Source of the DNA: an uncultured Chitinophagales bacterium
GTDB taxonomy: Bacteria; Bacteroidota; Ignavibacteria; UBA10030; UBA6906
Assembly: GCA_964444145.1 (NCBI GenBank)
Contig: CAYUFU010000010.1
Location: 1 to 59,202, forward strand
Reading direction: 5' to 3'
Length of the DNA: 59,202 nt
Shown here piece after piece: positions 19,390-27,922 of this stretch. Numbering within the stretch: position 1 is the stretch's first letter; every line of letters starts with the position of its first letter. The notes under the pieces were generated by a model, which saw only the letters and a list, made by a program, of their open reading frames with translations, searched no databases and was not told the DNA's origin. Both the position numbers and the translations under genes were made by a program.

Positions 19390-19480
19390 GACGTTGTAGA
19401 CTGCCGGGCTTCGCGGCACAGCAGCTCCTGACCACGTCCGAAGGACTCCTTCGGAGACGTACACCCGTTGAAGCCCCAAC
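19390..19480 (+). repeat. Repeat family B-like degenerate copy carrying the TCCGAAGGACTCCTTCGGA module
   Basis: GACGTTGTAG, CTGACCACG, module, GAAGCCCCAAC blocks. Confidence 0.45.
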
Positions 19481-19513
19481 AAAAAAAAGCCTCTGCACTA
19501 ATGCAGGGGCTTT
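19481..19513 (-). terminator. Intrinsic terminator at the end of the pilus operon
   Basis: Minus strand aaagcccctgca / tgcagaggc stem followed by T8. Confidence 0.75.
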
Positions 19514-19536
19514 GATGGTGATTGTGTGGTGATAAT

Positions 19537-20997
19537 TTAGTTACAAAAACCGTTGATGGTCGCGTACGCGTTTCCGTTCTCGCCCTCGACGGAAATCGAG
19601 ATGGTAACGGCGCCGCCCGGGACCAGCGGATTTGGCGTGCCGTCGCTAAGGCGGAAACTGAATTCTGTTGCGCCGGGACCTGCGAAGAGCAAATCTTCCA
19701 GCGTCAGTGCGCCGTCGCGACCAAACGCGAGCAATACTTGGTTGATTGGATCGTTCGGATCCGGCGGCGGCGCTACGCTCGCGAGAATACTGATTCTCGT
19801 CCCAGCCGAAAGCGGATGGCCGAGCGCGTCGGACACCGTGAAGGTGAAGTCTTGAAAGCCGCCGTTTGCTATCGTGAAGATAGATGGCGAGATATTCGAG
19901 ATTGTCGAGCGACCGCTCCAGAGAATAAGTGTACTATCCTGAACGCTAACGCCTCCCTCGCCGATCGTTCTCGCAACAACGTAGTGATAGCCGTTGCCGT
20001 ACTGTTGGGATGCATACTGCCCGAATGGCGCGGGGTTTCCGCTGATGAGGTTGGCGGTTCCTTGTCCGTCCGGGTCGGTGAACACTGTCGGCTGAATGAC
20101 GCCTGCGCTGCTGCGGAAGTAGACGGCTGTGTTTTGGAGAACGGGATTGGAGTACCGATCACCGACGAGCACGCTCACGGGCAAGCGGTTTCCTGCAATG
20201 CCGAGCGTTGGGAAATTATGTTTCAGCGGGGCGATCGTGAAGTGTGCCTGATCTGCAAAGCCGGCGTTGATGACAACGCGGACGGGAGCGGAAAGAATCG
20301 TGCGTGTGCCGACGGTTGCGTTCGCGCGCACCTGCACAACGCCCGAGCGAATGCCGCTGTTGAATGCGATGAAGGCGCGTCCGACGGCATTCGTTGTCAA
20401 TGTCGTTGGCGAAATGTACTCGCCACCGTTGGGTCCGCCTTGGAGCGTGAAGGTAATCGCAATCGCATGTGCCGCGTCAATGGGCAAGCCGAGCGAATCG
20501 CGCGCTTCGAAGCCGAGCACTGCCGTTTCTTGGCCGCCGACGCCGTAGACGGAAATCTGTGTTGGGTTGGCGCCGAGGAAGGCGATGGTCTGGGCGAGTC
20601 CGGACGTACTCCCGCCGCCGCCCACGACTTGCGATTTCGGATTCAGATCAATGTCTTTCAAGAGCGCCTGGTTCGGTTTGACGTTCACACTGATGTCGAG
20701 TGTATCGCGATAGCCTGTGACATTGCGGATCGAAATTTTTGCAACCATGGCGCTGTCAATTTCGAAACGCAACTCAAACTTTCCCTGTGCGTCGGTTGTC
20801 GCAGTTGTCACGACATCTGTTCCCGCTTTTCCTTCGATGACAACACCGCTCAATGGCTGACGGTTGCTTGCGTCCTTCACAAATCCTGTTACGGTCGCGA
20901 CGCCTGCGCTTGGGCCCTGATCGTCATTACTGCATGCGAAGAATGCGCCGGCGCAGACCACAATGCTTGCTGCTCGTACGAGAAATCGCTTCATCAC
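19537..20997 (-). CDS. Lipoprotein with prealbumin/carboxypeptidase-regulatory-like and bacterial Ig-like domains
   Basis: Lipobox FFAC; VTGFVKDA..QPLSGV...TTDAQGKF; TLTTNAVGRA and FTDPDGQGTANL Ig-like turns; ATGA overlap with the secretin stop. Confidence 0.7.
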   Translation of the reverse strand: MMKRFLVRAASIVVCAGAFFACSNDDQGPSAGVATVTGFVKDASNRQPLSGVVIEGKAGTDVVTTATTDAQGKFELRFEIDSAMVAKISIRNVTGYRDTLDISVNVKPNQALLKDIDLNPKSQVVGGGGSTSGLAQTIAFLGANPTQISVYGVGGQETAVLGFEARDSLGLPIDAAHAIAITFTLQGGPNGGEYISPTTLTTNAVGRAFIAFNSGIRSGVVQVRANATVGTRTILSAPVRVVINAGFADQAHFTIAPLKHNFPTLGIAGNRLPVSVLVGDRYSNPVLQNTAVYFRSSAGVIQPTVFTDPDGQGTANLISGNPAPFGQYASQQYGNGYHYVVARTIGEGGVSVQDSTLILWSGRSTISNISPSIFTIANGGFQDFTFTVSDALGHPLSAGTRISILASVAPPPDPNDPINQVLLAFGRDGALTLEDLLFAGPGATEFSFRLSDGTPNPLVPGGAVTISISVEGENGNAYATINGFCN

Positions 20998-22235
20998 TTC
21001 TCCTCCTTCCGACCGGTGACATGTTCATCGAGTCGGTACGCGTCATCTCTCCAGCGCTGGTACACGCCGTCCTCTTTTGCTTTTTGCGTGATGCGCTCTT
21101 GGAGGGTCGGCACCAACTCCGCTTTCAACAGGATGATCAATTCCTTCTTGCGCACCTCTTCTTTGTTGTAGCCGAAGAGGTAGCGCAAACCTAAAACGTA
21201 CCACGGTAAGTCTTTCAAGAACGGCACGCCGACGCGCACCTCCTGCACTTCGTTATTGTACAACCCGCCGATGATCGTTTCTTCGTTGTCGAGCAGCAGC
21301 ACATCGGTTGCGGCTTTCGTTTTGTTGAGGATGATGCTTCCTTGAGCGGGAACGAGGGAGCTTCGCTCGACATCCACTTTGAGGCGAACGAAGTTCACGC
21401 CGTTCTCGACGATGACTTGCGGGGTCACGTCAATGATGGTACCGGTACTGTAAAATTTGTCGAGCAGGTTGCCGGAGAAATCGCGTTCCTTGATGGAGAA
21501 GTCTTGGCCGACTTGAATGCGGCCTTTCTCACCTGAGCGGACGATGAGTTGAGGACCTGAAAGCACTTCACCGAGGTCATGCGCTGCGAACACTCGCGCA
21601 ACGGCAGTCACGTTTGCAAAGCTGAGCTTCGGGGTTGCTTGCACTTCAAAGATATCGCTGGTTACGCGATCGGCGGCGCCGAACGTCGAATTGACGACGA
21701 TGTCTTTGTTGCTCTTCATGAAATTCCAATTGATACCCGCTTCGTCGAGTTTCGAGAGGGAGACTTCGAAGAACACGGCGGAGATTTTGATCTCCCGACT
21801 CTTGAAGGTGGCGGCTTCGCGTTGAATGTCAACGATGGGGGGCGCACCGGCACCGGCGGGCTGATCTTTTCCTTTCGCATCGCCGCCCATTCCGACGATC
21901 TGGAAATAATTCGGATACTCTTCATACCACAAGCTCATCTTGCGGCAGATGGTTTCGAGTGCGGTGCGCCATTGCACGCCGTTGATGTCCACACCGATCG
22001 GCAAATCACGCCGCTCGGGATCGACAACAATCTTTCCGGTGTATTTCTTGCTCACCTCACTGATGGCAGCGAGTGCTTTGTCGAGCGTCGTGGTCGGTGC
22101 GATCGACACCAGCTCACCGGGCGACGTGTATTCTTTCAGCGCGCGCTGTTCTGCCGAATTGAGCGTCTGCGCGAGGCTTGTGATAACGCCGACGCCGATC
22201 AGCGCAAGTGCAACGATAATGGTTCGTGTGTTCAT
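20994..22235 (-). CDS. Short secretin (PilQ/GspD family)
   Basis: IKISAVFFEV, PQLIVRSGEKGRIQVG, GTIIDVTPQV, IIGGLY, GVPFLKDLP...LFG, ELIILLKAELV. Confidence 0.88.
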   Translation of the reverse strand: MNTRTIIVALALIGVGVITSLAQTLNSAEQRALKEYTSPGELVSIAPTTTLDKALAAISEVSKKYTGKIVVDPERRDLPIGVDINGVQWRTALETICRKMSLWYEEYPNYFQIVGMGGDAKGKDQPAGAGAPPIVDIQREAATFKSREIKISAVFFEVSLSKLDEAGINWNFMKSNKDIVVNSTFGAADRVTSDIFEVQATPKLSFANVTAVARVFAAHDLGEVLSGPQLIVRSGEKGRIQVGQDFSIKERDFSGNLLDKFYSTGTIIDVTPQVIVENGVNFVRLKVDVERSSLVPAQGSIILNKTKAATDVLLLDNEETIIGGLYNNEVQEVRVGVPFLKDLPWYVLGLRYLFGYNKEEVRKKELIILLKAELVPTLQERITQKAKEDGVYQRWRDDAYRLDEHVTGRKEEK

Positions 22236-22244
22236 GCTCCCCTC

Positions 22245-23234
22245 TTAGTTTTCAACGTGTTGATCTGGCAATGCCGCAGCAGGTGGTAACGTTAGCGTGT
22301 GCTGAGGCGATCCGTGCTGCGGCGGCGCCATCTGATACAGGTTCGATTGTTGTTGGTCTGCCGAATAGCGTATCTTCAACTCGACGTTTTCGATGATGCC
22401 TCCCTTGTTGAGCGTGCATTCGATCTTTCCTTGTTCCGAAGAAATTCTCGTCACGTACCCGAGATACACTTCATCGCCCGTTTCGAGAATTCTGAATTGC
22501 TGATTTTGATCGAGCACGAACGCCCGTCCGGGAATCACGGCTTTCAAATCCGCGCGCTCGATTTCGACAAGGTTATTCTTGTTCGGCGGCAAGTTCGCAG
22601 TGATGACCGGTTCGAAGGGATTGCGGCTGATGTACGTCGGTTCTCCGTCGTGGCTCGTGTTGGGTTTCGACAACTCAGGTATCGCAGCAAAGAAGGCATG
22701 GACAGTCATCTCGAACGTCACGATCAAATCTCCGGGGCGCTCCTTGTCGGTGAGCGGTAGTTCGACGCCCTTCATGTTGAGAGCGCTGATCTTGAAAAGC
22801 TTGCGGCCGTTTTCGATGTACCAGAGGAATTTGTAGAGATTCGAGAACGCGCCTTCGCCGCGCAAATTGTACGCGTTGTAGCCGTAGTTGCCTCGCGCCT
22901 GCAATCCCTGATAGACCATGTTGAGTTTCAAACCGCCGCTCTTTTCGATGAGCGAACTAAAGTACGCGTACGTTTTCCCGGTGTTGTCCTCCGGCGGAAT
23001 TTCTTTGCTTCGGCTTTCCCAGCGCTTCTTCGTCTCGGCGACGGTTGCGCTCAAGGAGTTGTACTCATGAAGCAGATGGGGCGTGTTGCTCAACTCTTCA
23101 TCAATGCGTTTGATCTCGGCATCAATCGCTGCTTCTTTCTTCGGGAGGTGGAAGGCGCGCATATAGGTTCCTACGCCGACAATCAGCAGGAGCAGAGCGC
23201 CCAAGACGATACTATTTCGAATCTTGTAGGACAT
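22245..23234 (-). CDS. PilO-like inner membrane alignment protein with C-terminal extension
   Basis: N-terminal TM, coiled coil, LRGEGAFSNLYKFLWYIENGRK ferredoxin-like motif, SRNPFEP. Confidence 0.65.
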   Translation of the reverse strand: MSYKIRNSIVLGALLLLIVGVGTYMRAFHLPKKEAAIDAEIKRIDEELSNTPHLLHEYNSLSATVAETKKRWESRSKEIPPEDNTGKTYAYFSSLIEKSGGLKLNMVYQGLQARGNYGYNAYNLRGEGAFSNLYKFLWYIENGRKLFKISALNMKGVELPLTDKERPGDLIVTFEMTVHAFFAAIPELSKPNTSHDGEPTYISRNPFEPVITANLPPNKNNLVEIERADLKAVIPGRAFVLDQNQQFRILETGDEVYLGYVTRISSEQGKIECTLNKGGIIENVELKIRYSADQQQSNLYQMAPPQHGSPQHTLTLPPAAALPDQHVEN

Positions 23235-23249
23235 CGGATCACTTTTTGC

Positions 23250-24809
23250 TTATTTCTTTTCTTCGATACTTGGCACATCAATTTTGTAGCGATAGACGGT
23301 TTCGTCGCGAATCTCCTCCGTCGTCACTTCCTTCAGCTCTGATTTATCGAACACCGCCGAGAGTCTCGGAATGCGCGACCGAGCAGCTGAGAAGCCGTTC
23401 ATGGTGACCTGACCTGTTTCACCTGCGGCAAACTCCGTTAGCCAAATCGAGTTGAGGTCATCTACGCTGTTGCTCAGCCGCGAGAAGGCTTTGCTGAATT
23501 TGTCTGCACCCGGTACGAGCGAATCGTAGAGTGCCATCGAAGCATTGTAGGACGCAAGCTGCTGCTGCAGGCTTTGGATCGAGCCTTGCAGCGCCGCGTT
23601 CTCTGCGATTTGGCTGTTCTTTACATCCAAGACGCTCTGTTTTTCTGTGATCTGTTGCTGCTTTTGTTTGATCTGCGTCGTGAAGAACACCGTGCCGGCA
23701 AAGATGGCACCAAGCAAGAGGTAGCCATGCCACGACAGTTTGAAGACGCGCTGTCCTTCGCGCACCGAGTCGGGTAGGAGATTCGTCGGATAAATCCTTT
23801 TGCTCGATCCGTCGAGGAACTTCCATGCAACCCCGATCGCCGCGGCGTAGTCGGATACCATTTCCTGCACTTCGGAAGGAAGGTGGCTCGTATCCACATT
23901 CGGCGCTCGCAGATAATCTACTTCCTGCTCGGGGAGCAACTCCTGCAAGAAATTCCTCAACTCAATGCGACGGCTCTCTCCTGCGAGGATGATGCGGTTG
24001 ATGCGCTGAATGTTCAGATTATCTTGCTCCAACAGCAAGCGACTGTAGATCATGTTGTGCAAGTTGGGGGAATCGTAGCCTTCGCTGATAATTGGCGCGA
24101 ATTGGTAGAACTGATCACCGCGCATGAAAATCAACCGCGTAAACTCGACGCCGACGTAGACCAGTACCGAGACTTCTTCCGGCTGCATTTCGTAATTCAG
24201 CCGGACCATACTCATGAGCGAGATATCCGAACTGTCTATTCCTGCAATCGTTGGAAGGCGATTGCCGAGAAAGCCTTTGATGTTTTCGAGGTGATTGAGC
24301 AGTGACATGCCCTCTTCACGCACGACACAGAGGATGCCGTTTTCATTCGTGGGAATCGAATCCACCGCGTCCGGCGTCGGTTGAAACGTTCGGGTGTTTT
24401 TCAACTCTTCGATGATGCGGAGCTTCAGCTTCTTGCCTTGCAGCCCGAAGTTGCTCTCGAATTGGTGATAATAAATCGAAGGTTCAGAAATGCAGTACGC
24501 CAACGAGTAACTTTTCGGTTTGTACTGTGAAAGAAGCCCGAGCAGAACAGCGTTGTTGTCTTCGCCGCTTGCCTCAGAGGCAGGCAGTGCCATCGTTTCC
24601 AATTCCGGCAACTTGAACGGGTCTTTGTCATCGCCGACGACAGCGGCGGCTTCGGTTGGCTTGCGCTCTTCCAGTTTCGTGGCGAGTGTCGCGGATTTCA
24701 GCTCCTCGATGAAAACCTTGCCGCCCTTCTTTGCGAGACGCGCAAGTTTCACATCGGCGCCATCCACGAACAGACCGATGACGGATTTGTTACCTCCGAT
24801 AAATCTCAT
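23250..24809 (-). CDS. PilM-PilN fusion protein
   Basis: N-terminal IGLFVDGADVKLA actin-like start, VYVGVEFT, RIILAGES, AAAIGVA, then TM, coiled coil and IWLTEF...VTMNGFS PilN-like domain. Confidence 0.7.
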   Translation of the reverse strand: MRFIGGNKSVIGLFVDGADVKLARLAKKGGKVFIEELKSATLATKLEERKPTEAAAVVGDDKDPFKLPELETMALPASEASGEDNNAVLLGLLSQYKPKSYSLAYCISEPSIYYHQFESNFGLQGKKLKLRIIEELKNTRTFQPTPDAVDSIPTNENGILCVVREEGMSLLNHLENIKGFLGNRLPTIAGIDSSDISLMSMVRLNYEMQPEEVSVLVYVGVEFTRLIFMRGDQFYQFAPIISEGYDSPNLHNMIYSRLLLEQDNLNIQRINRIILAGESRRIELRNFLQELLPEQEVDYLRAPNVDTSHLPSEVQEMVSDYAAAIGVAWKFLDGSSKRIYPTNLLPDSVREGQRVFKLSWHGYLLLGAIFAGTVFFTTQIKQKQQQITEKQSVLDVKNSQIAENAALQGSIQSLQQQLASYNASMALYDSLVPGADKFSKAFSRLSNSVDDLNSIWLTEFAAGETGQVTMNGFSAARSRIPRLSAVFDKSELKEVTTEEIRDETVYRYKIDVPSIEEKK

Positions 24810-24864
24810 ACGTAGCTTTCAGTGTTGACTATTATTGTTCATCTGCTGAGAATCCTGGTCACAC

Positions 24865-26097
24865 TCAATCGCCAATCGCGTTCGAGTTTAGGATTTGCTG
24901 CAAACGCCGCTTGTTATTGGCGTTTACCATTGCCGTATCCAGTGAAATTCGTTTCTGCAGGTACAATCGTTTCAAATCCTGTTCCAATGTTATCATGCCG
25001 ATGTCGCCTGATTCTGCCATCATCTGATAAATTTCACCCGTATTGTTATTCTTGATTGCCGCGCGCACCGATGGAATTGCGAGCATTACTTCTTTTGCAA
25101 GCGTTACCTTCCCATCGAGAGTCGGGACGAGGCGCTGTGAGACTACGCTGCTCAACGTATCGCCTAAGCGAAGACGCACACGCTCTTGCTCGATGGGAGG
25201 CACTTCGCCGATGATACGATCAATGGTTTCGACTGCGGAGGCAGTGTGCAGTGTCGAGAACACTTTGTGACCGCTGTCGGTGATTTCGAGCGCAGTGAGA
25301 ATCGTATCCGGGTCTCGCATTTCACCGATGACGATGATGTCCGGGTCTTGACGCAGCGATTGTACGGCACCTTCTTTGAACGAGAGCACGTCGCGCCCAA
25401 CTTCGCGATGACGGATGATGCAGCGGTCGGGCTTGTGCACGTATTCGATGGGCGATGCAATGATGACGATATGGGCGTCTGTCGAATGGTTGTTCGCGTC
25501 GATGATCGTATCGAGTGTCGAGCTTTTGCCCGATCCCGTAATGCCGGTAATGAGATTCAATCCTTGTGGTGTATGTGCGAGGCTCAGCGCCTTGGTCACG
25601 TTCGGATGAAACTCGAGATTCTTGAACGGTCGCACCGTCGCGTTGATTGCGCGCATGTTCAGCGCGAGATGATCGAGATCGAAATAGGCATCCGCACGAA
25701 ACCGATTCATCGTCTCACCCTCAATTACCATGTAGGAGAAATCGAGGTTGCGGTTCTCGTACAAAAACAACCGCTGACGGTCAACGAGAATGCTCTGGAT
25801 CAGCAGACTCATTTCATCGGCACTGAACGTCGGAAGTGTCGTATCCGGTTTCTTGTCGCCGTAGATGCGATACCAAATGTTGCCCTTCGTGCCGAAGCCT
25901 CCGAGATCAATGTCGGAGGCGTTCATTTTTTGCATGCGGAGCAGAATCGAATCCGTCAATTTGCGCAGCGCTGAACGCTCGGCAGGCGACATCTTGCTTG
26001 CGAGGTCGCCGATGAGCATTTGGCGCTCGACGCCGGGTGCCGTCACGGGCAGGCTTGCCGCAAGTTGCCGCAAGGTTTGTACTGCTGTTTCAGTCAT
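24865..26097 (-). CDS. pilT: PilT/PilU-family retraction ATPase
   Basis: ITGITGSGKSST, SLRQDPDIIVIGEMRD, GHKVFSTLHT, VVSQRLVP, GMITLEQDL; alternative TTG start at 26109. Confidence 0.85.
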   Translation of the reverse strand: MTETAVQTLRQLAASLPVTAPGVERQMLIGDLASKMSPAERSALRKLTDSILLRMQKMNASDIDLGGFGTKGNIWYRIYGDKKPDTTLPTFSADEMSLLIQSILVDRQRLFLYENRNLDFSYMVIEGETMNRFRADAYFDLDHLALNMRAINATVRPFKNLEFHPNVTKALSLAHTPQGLNLITGITGSGKSSTLDTIIDANNHSTDAHIVIIASPIEYVHKPDRCIIRHREVGRDVLSFKEGAVQSLRQDPDIIVIGEMRDPDTILTALEITDSGHKVFSTLHTASAVETIDRIIGEVPPIEQERVRLRLGDTLSSVVSQRLVPTLDGKVTLAKEVMLAIPSVRAAIKNNNTGEIYQMMAESGDIGMITLEQDLKRLYLQKRISLDTAMVNANNKRRLQQILNSNAIGD

Positions 26098-26105
26098 TGC
26101 TGTTG

Positions 26106-27893
26106 TCAATCATCCGTTGTGCTTGCCGCAATTTCTTCCAACGTTGTCACGCCGCTCTTGATCCGCTCGATGCCGGAGCGGCGCAGCGTCCACATGCCGT
26201 CTTTTATCGCCTGGTCCCGGATTTGTTCTTCGTCCACCTCCTTACCAGCCTTCGCAATCATGACACGAATACTCTTCGTGAAATAAAGTGCCTCGTGAAT
26301 TGCCGCGCGTCCCTTGTACCCGCCGTTGCATTTGTCGCAGCCCACGGCTTCATAGAAAACCGGATTCACCAGTTCGTCTTCACGAAAGCCGAACGAGAGA
26401 TACATCTCCGTATCAATATCATCGGCAGGAATCTGTCGCTTACACACCTTGCATAACGTCCGAATGAGGCGCTGCGCAACAATGACGTTGATGGCATACG
26501 CAATCAAGAATGGCTCAATGCCCATCTTGTACAGGCGCGAGACTGCGCTCGGCGCATCGTTCGTGTGCAATGTGGAAAACGTCAGGTGGCCTGTGTTCGC
26601 AAGTTTGATTGCGATTTCCGCCGTTGTTTTATCGCGCATCTCGCCGACGAGCACGATGTCGGGGTCGTGACGGAGAATGCCGCGAATCGCTGACTCGAAA
26701 TTCATCTTCGGCCCAATCTTCAACTGCCGCGAACCCTTGATGATGTACTCCACCGGCTCTTCGACCGTCAAGACGTTTACTGTCGGGTCAATGACCGCGT
26801 GCAGGGCGGCGACCAGCGTCGTGCTCTTGCCGCTTCCTGTCGGTCCAGTCAGAATAACGATGCCCTGCGGTTTCGTGATGGCCTTTTTGAACGACTCCAT
26901 CGTAGGACCCTGCAAGCCGAGCTTGTTCAAATCGGTGATCACCTTCCGATCATCGAGCACGCGAATAACGATGCTCTCATACTTGTGCTTGAACTCCGTC
27001 CCGACCATCGGCATGATGGAAACGCGAAACCGAATGCGATGATCATCAATGACCCGTTGGATGAAGCCGTCCTGCGCCGCCTCGCGTTCGAAGCGGTCAA
27101 CGTTCTTCGAGCGATCCTTCACCACTGCCGCGATCGCTTCGGGCAACGTGTTCTCCTGCGCGTGCCAGAGCTGCAGGTTGCCGTCGAGGCGAAACCACAG
27201 CTCGGTGCGGTTACCGTCCTTCGGAACGATGTGGATGTCACTTACACCTTGCCGCACAGCTTCGACGAGCGCCCCCTCGAAGAGATTGACGAGCGCACTC
27301 TTATTGATCTCGGCTTCGAGCACGCCCTCGTCCAGCGTGCTTTCATCCTCCTGTACCTGTACGTCCTGCTGGTTATTCTCTAACTGTCGGAGGAATTCGT
27401 TTTCGACAGGGACGATCTGTTCGAGTAAGCGTTTGATGCTCTCGAGGCGGCTGTACACCACCTCATACTTTTTTGCGTTGAAGTTTCTGGCGATCAGAGG
27501 AAGCCGCCGATCGGTTGGATCGGCGGCGGAAATGATGAGTTTGTCGGATTGGCGCTCGTCGTACTTGAACGGAAGCATCTTCGCTTCCATCAGCATAGTG
27601 CGTCCCGCCTCAGGCAGTGCGTCAACGAGCTTGCGCATGAAGTCAATCCGGGACTTGTCCACGGTTTCATCATCGAGCTTCAGCTCGCGAAAGGCATAGA
27701 GTTCGGCGACCTCTTTGAACACCGCGTCATGATCCGCGCCGAAATCGTAGACGAGAATCTGACCCAAATTGCGACGGTTCTTTCCTCCATCAGTCTCTTT
27801 GACTTTGAGAGATTTTTCCAGCGTCTCATAGTCAATGATACCCTTCTTGAGAAGGGTGAACCCAATCTTGTCGGTAATGTCAACAGCCGCCAT
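26106..27893 (-). CDS. pilB: PilB/GspE assembly ATPase (copy 1)
   Basis: SDIHIVP, AQDGFI, LTGPTGSGKSTTL, ILRHDPDIVLVGEMRD, GHLTFSTLHTNDA, CKVC/CDKC zinc site. Confidence 0.9.
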   Translation of the reverse strand: MAAVDITDKIGFTLLKKGIIDYETLEKSLKVKETDGGKNRRNLGQILVYDFGADHDAVFKEVAELYAFRELKLDDETVDKSRIDFMRKLVDALPEAGRTMLMEAKMLPFKYDERQSDKLIISAADPTDRRLPLIARNFNAKKYEVVYSRLESIKRLLEQIVPVENEFLRQLENNQQDVQVQEDESTLDEGVLEAEINKSALVNLFEGALVEAVRQGVSDIHIVPKDGNRTELWFRLDGNLQLWHAQENTLPEAIAAVVKDRSKNVDRFEREAAQDGFIQRVIDDHRIRFRVSIMPMVGTEFKHKYESIVIRVLDDRKVITDLNKLGLQGPTMESFKKAITKPQGIVILTGPTGSGKSTTLVAALHAVIDPTVNVLTVEEPVEYIIKGSRQLKIGPKMNFESAIRGILRHDPDIVLVGEMRDKTTAEIAIKLANTGHLTFSTLHTNDAPSAVSRLYKMGIEPFLIAYAINVIVAQRLIRTLCKVCKRQIPADDIDTEMYLSFGFREDELVNPVFYEAVGCDKCNGGYKGRAAIHEALYFTKSIRVMIAKAGKEVDEEQIRDQAIKDGMWTLRRSGIERIKSGVTTLEEIAASTTDD

Positions 27894-27922
27894 GCGCAAT
27901 CAGGGAGTTGGCGTTTATGTTC

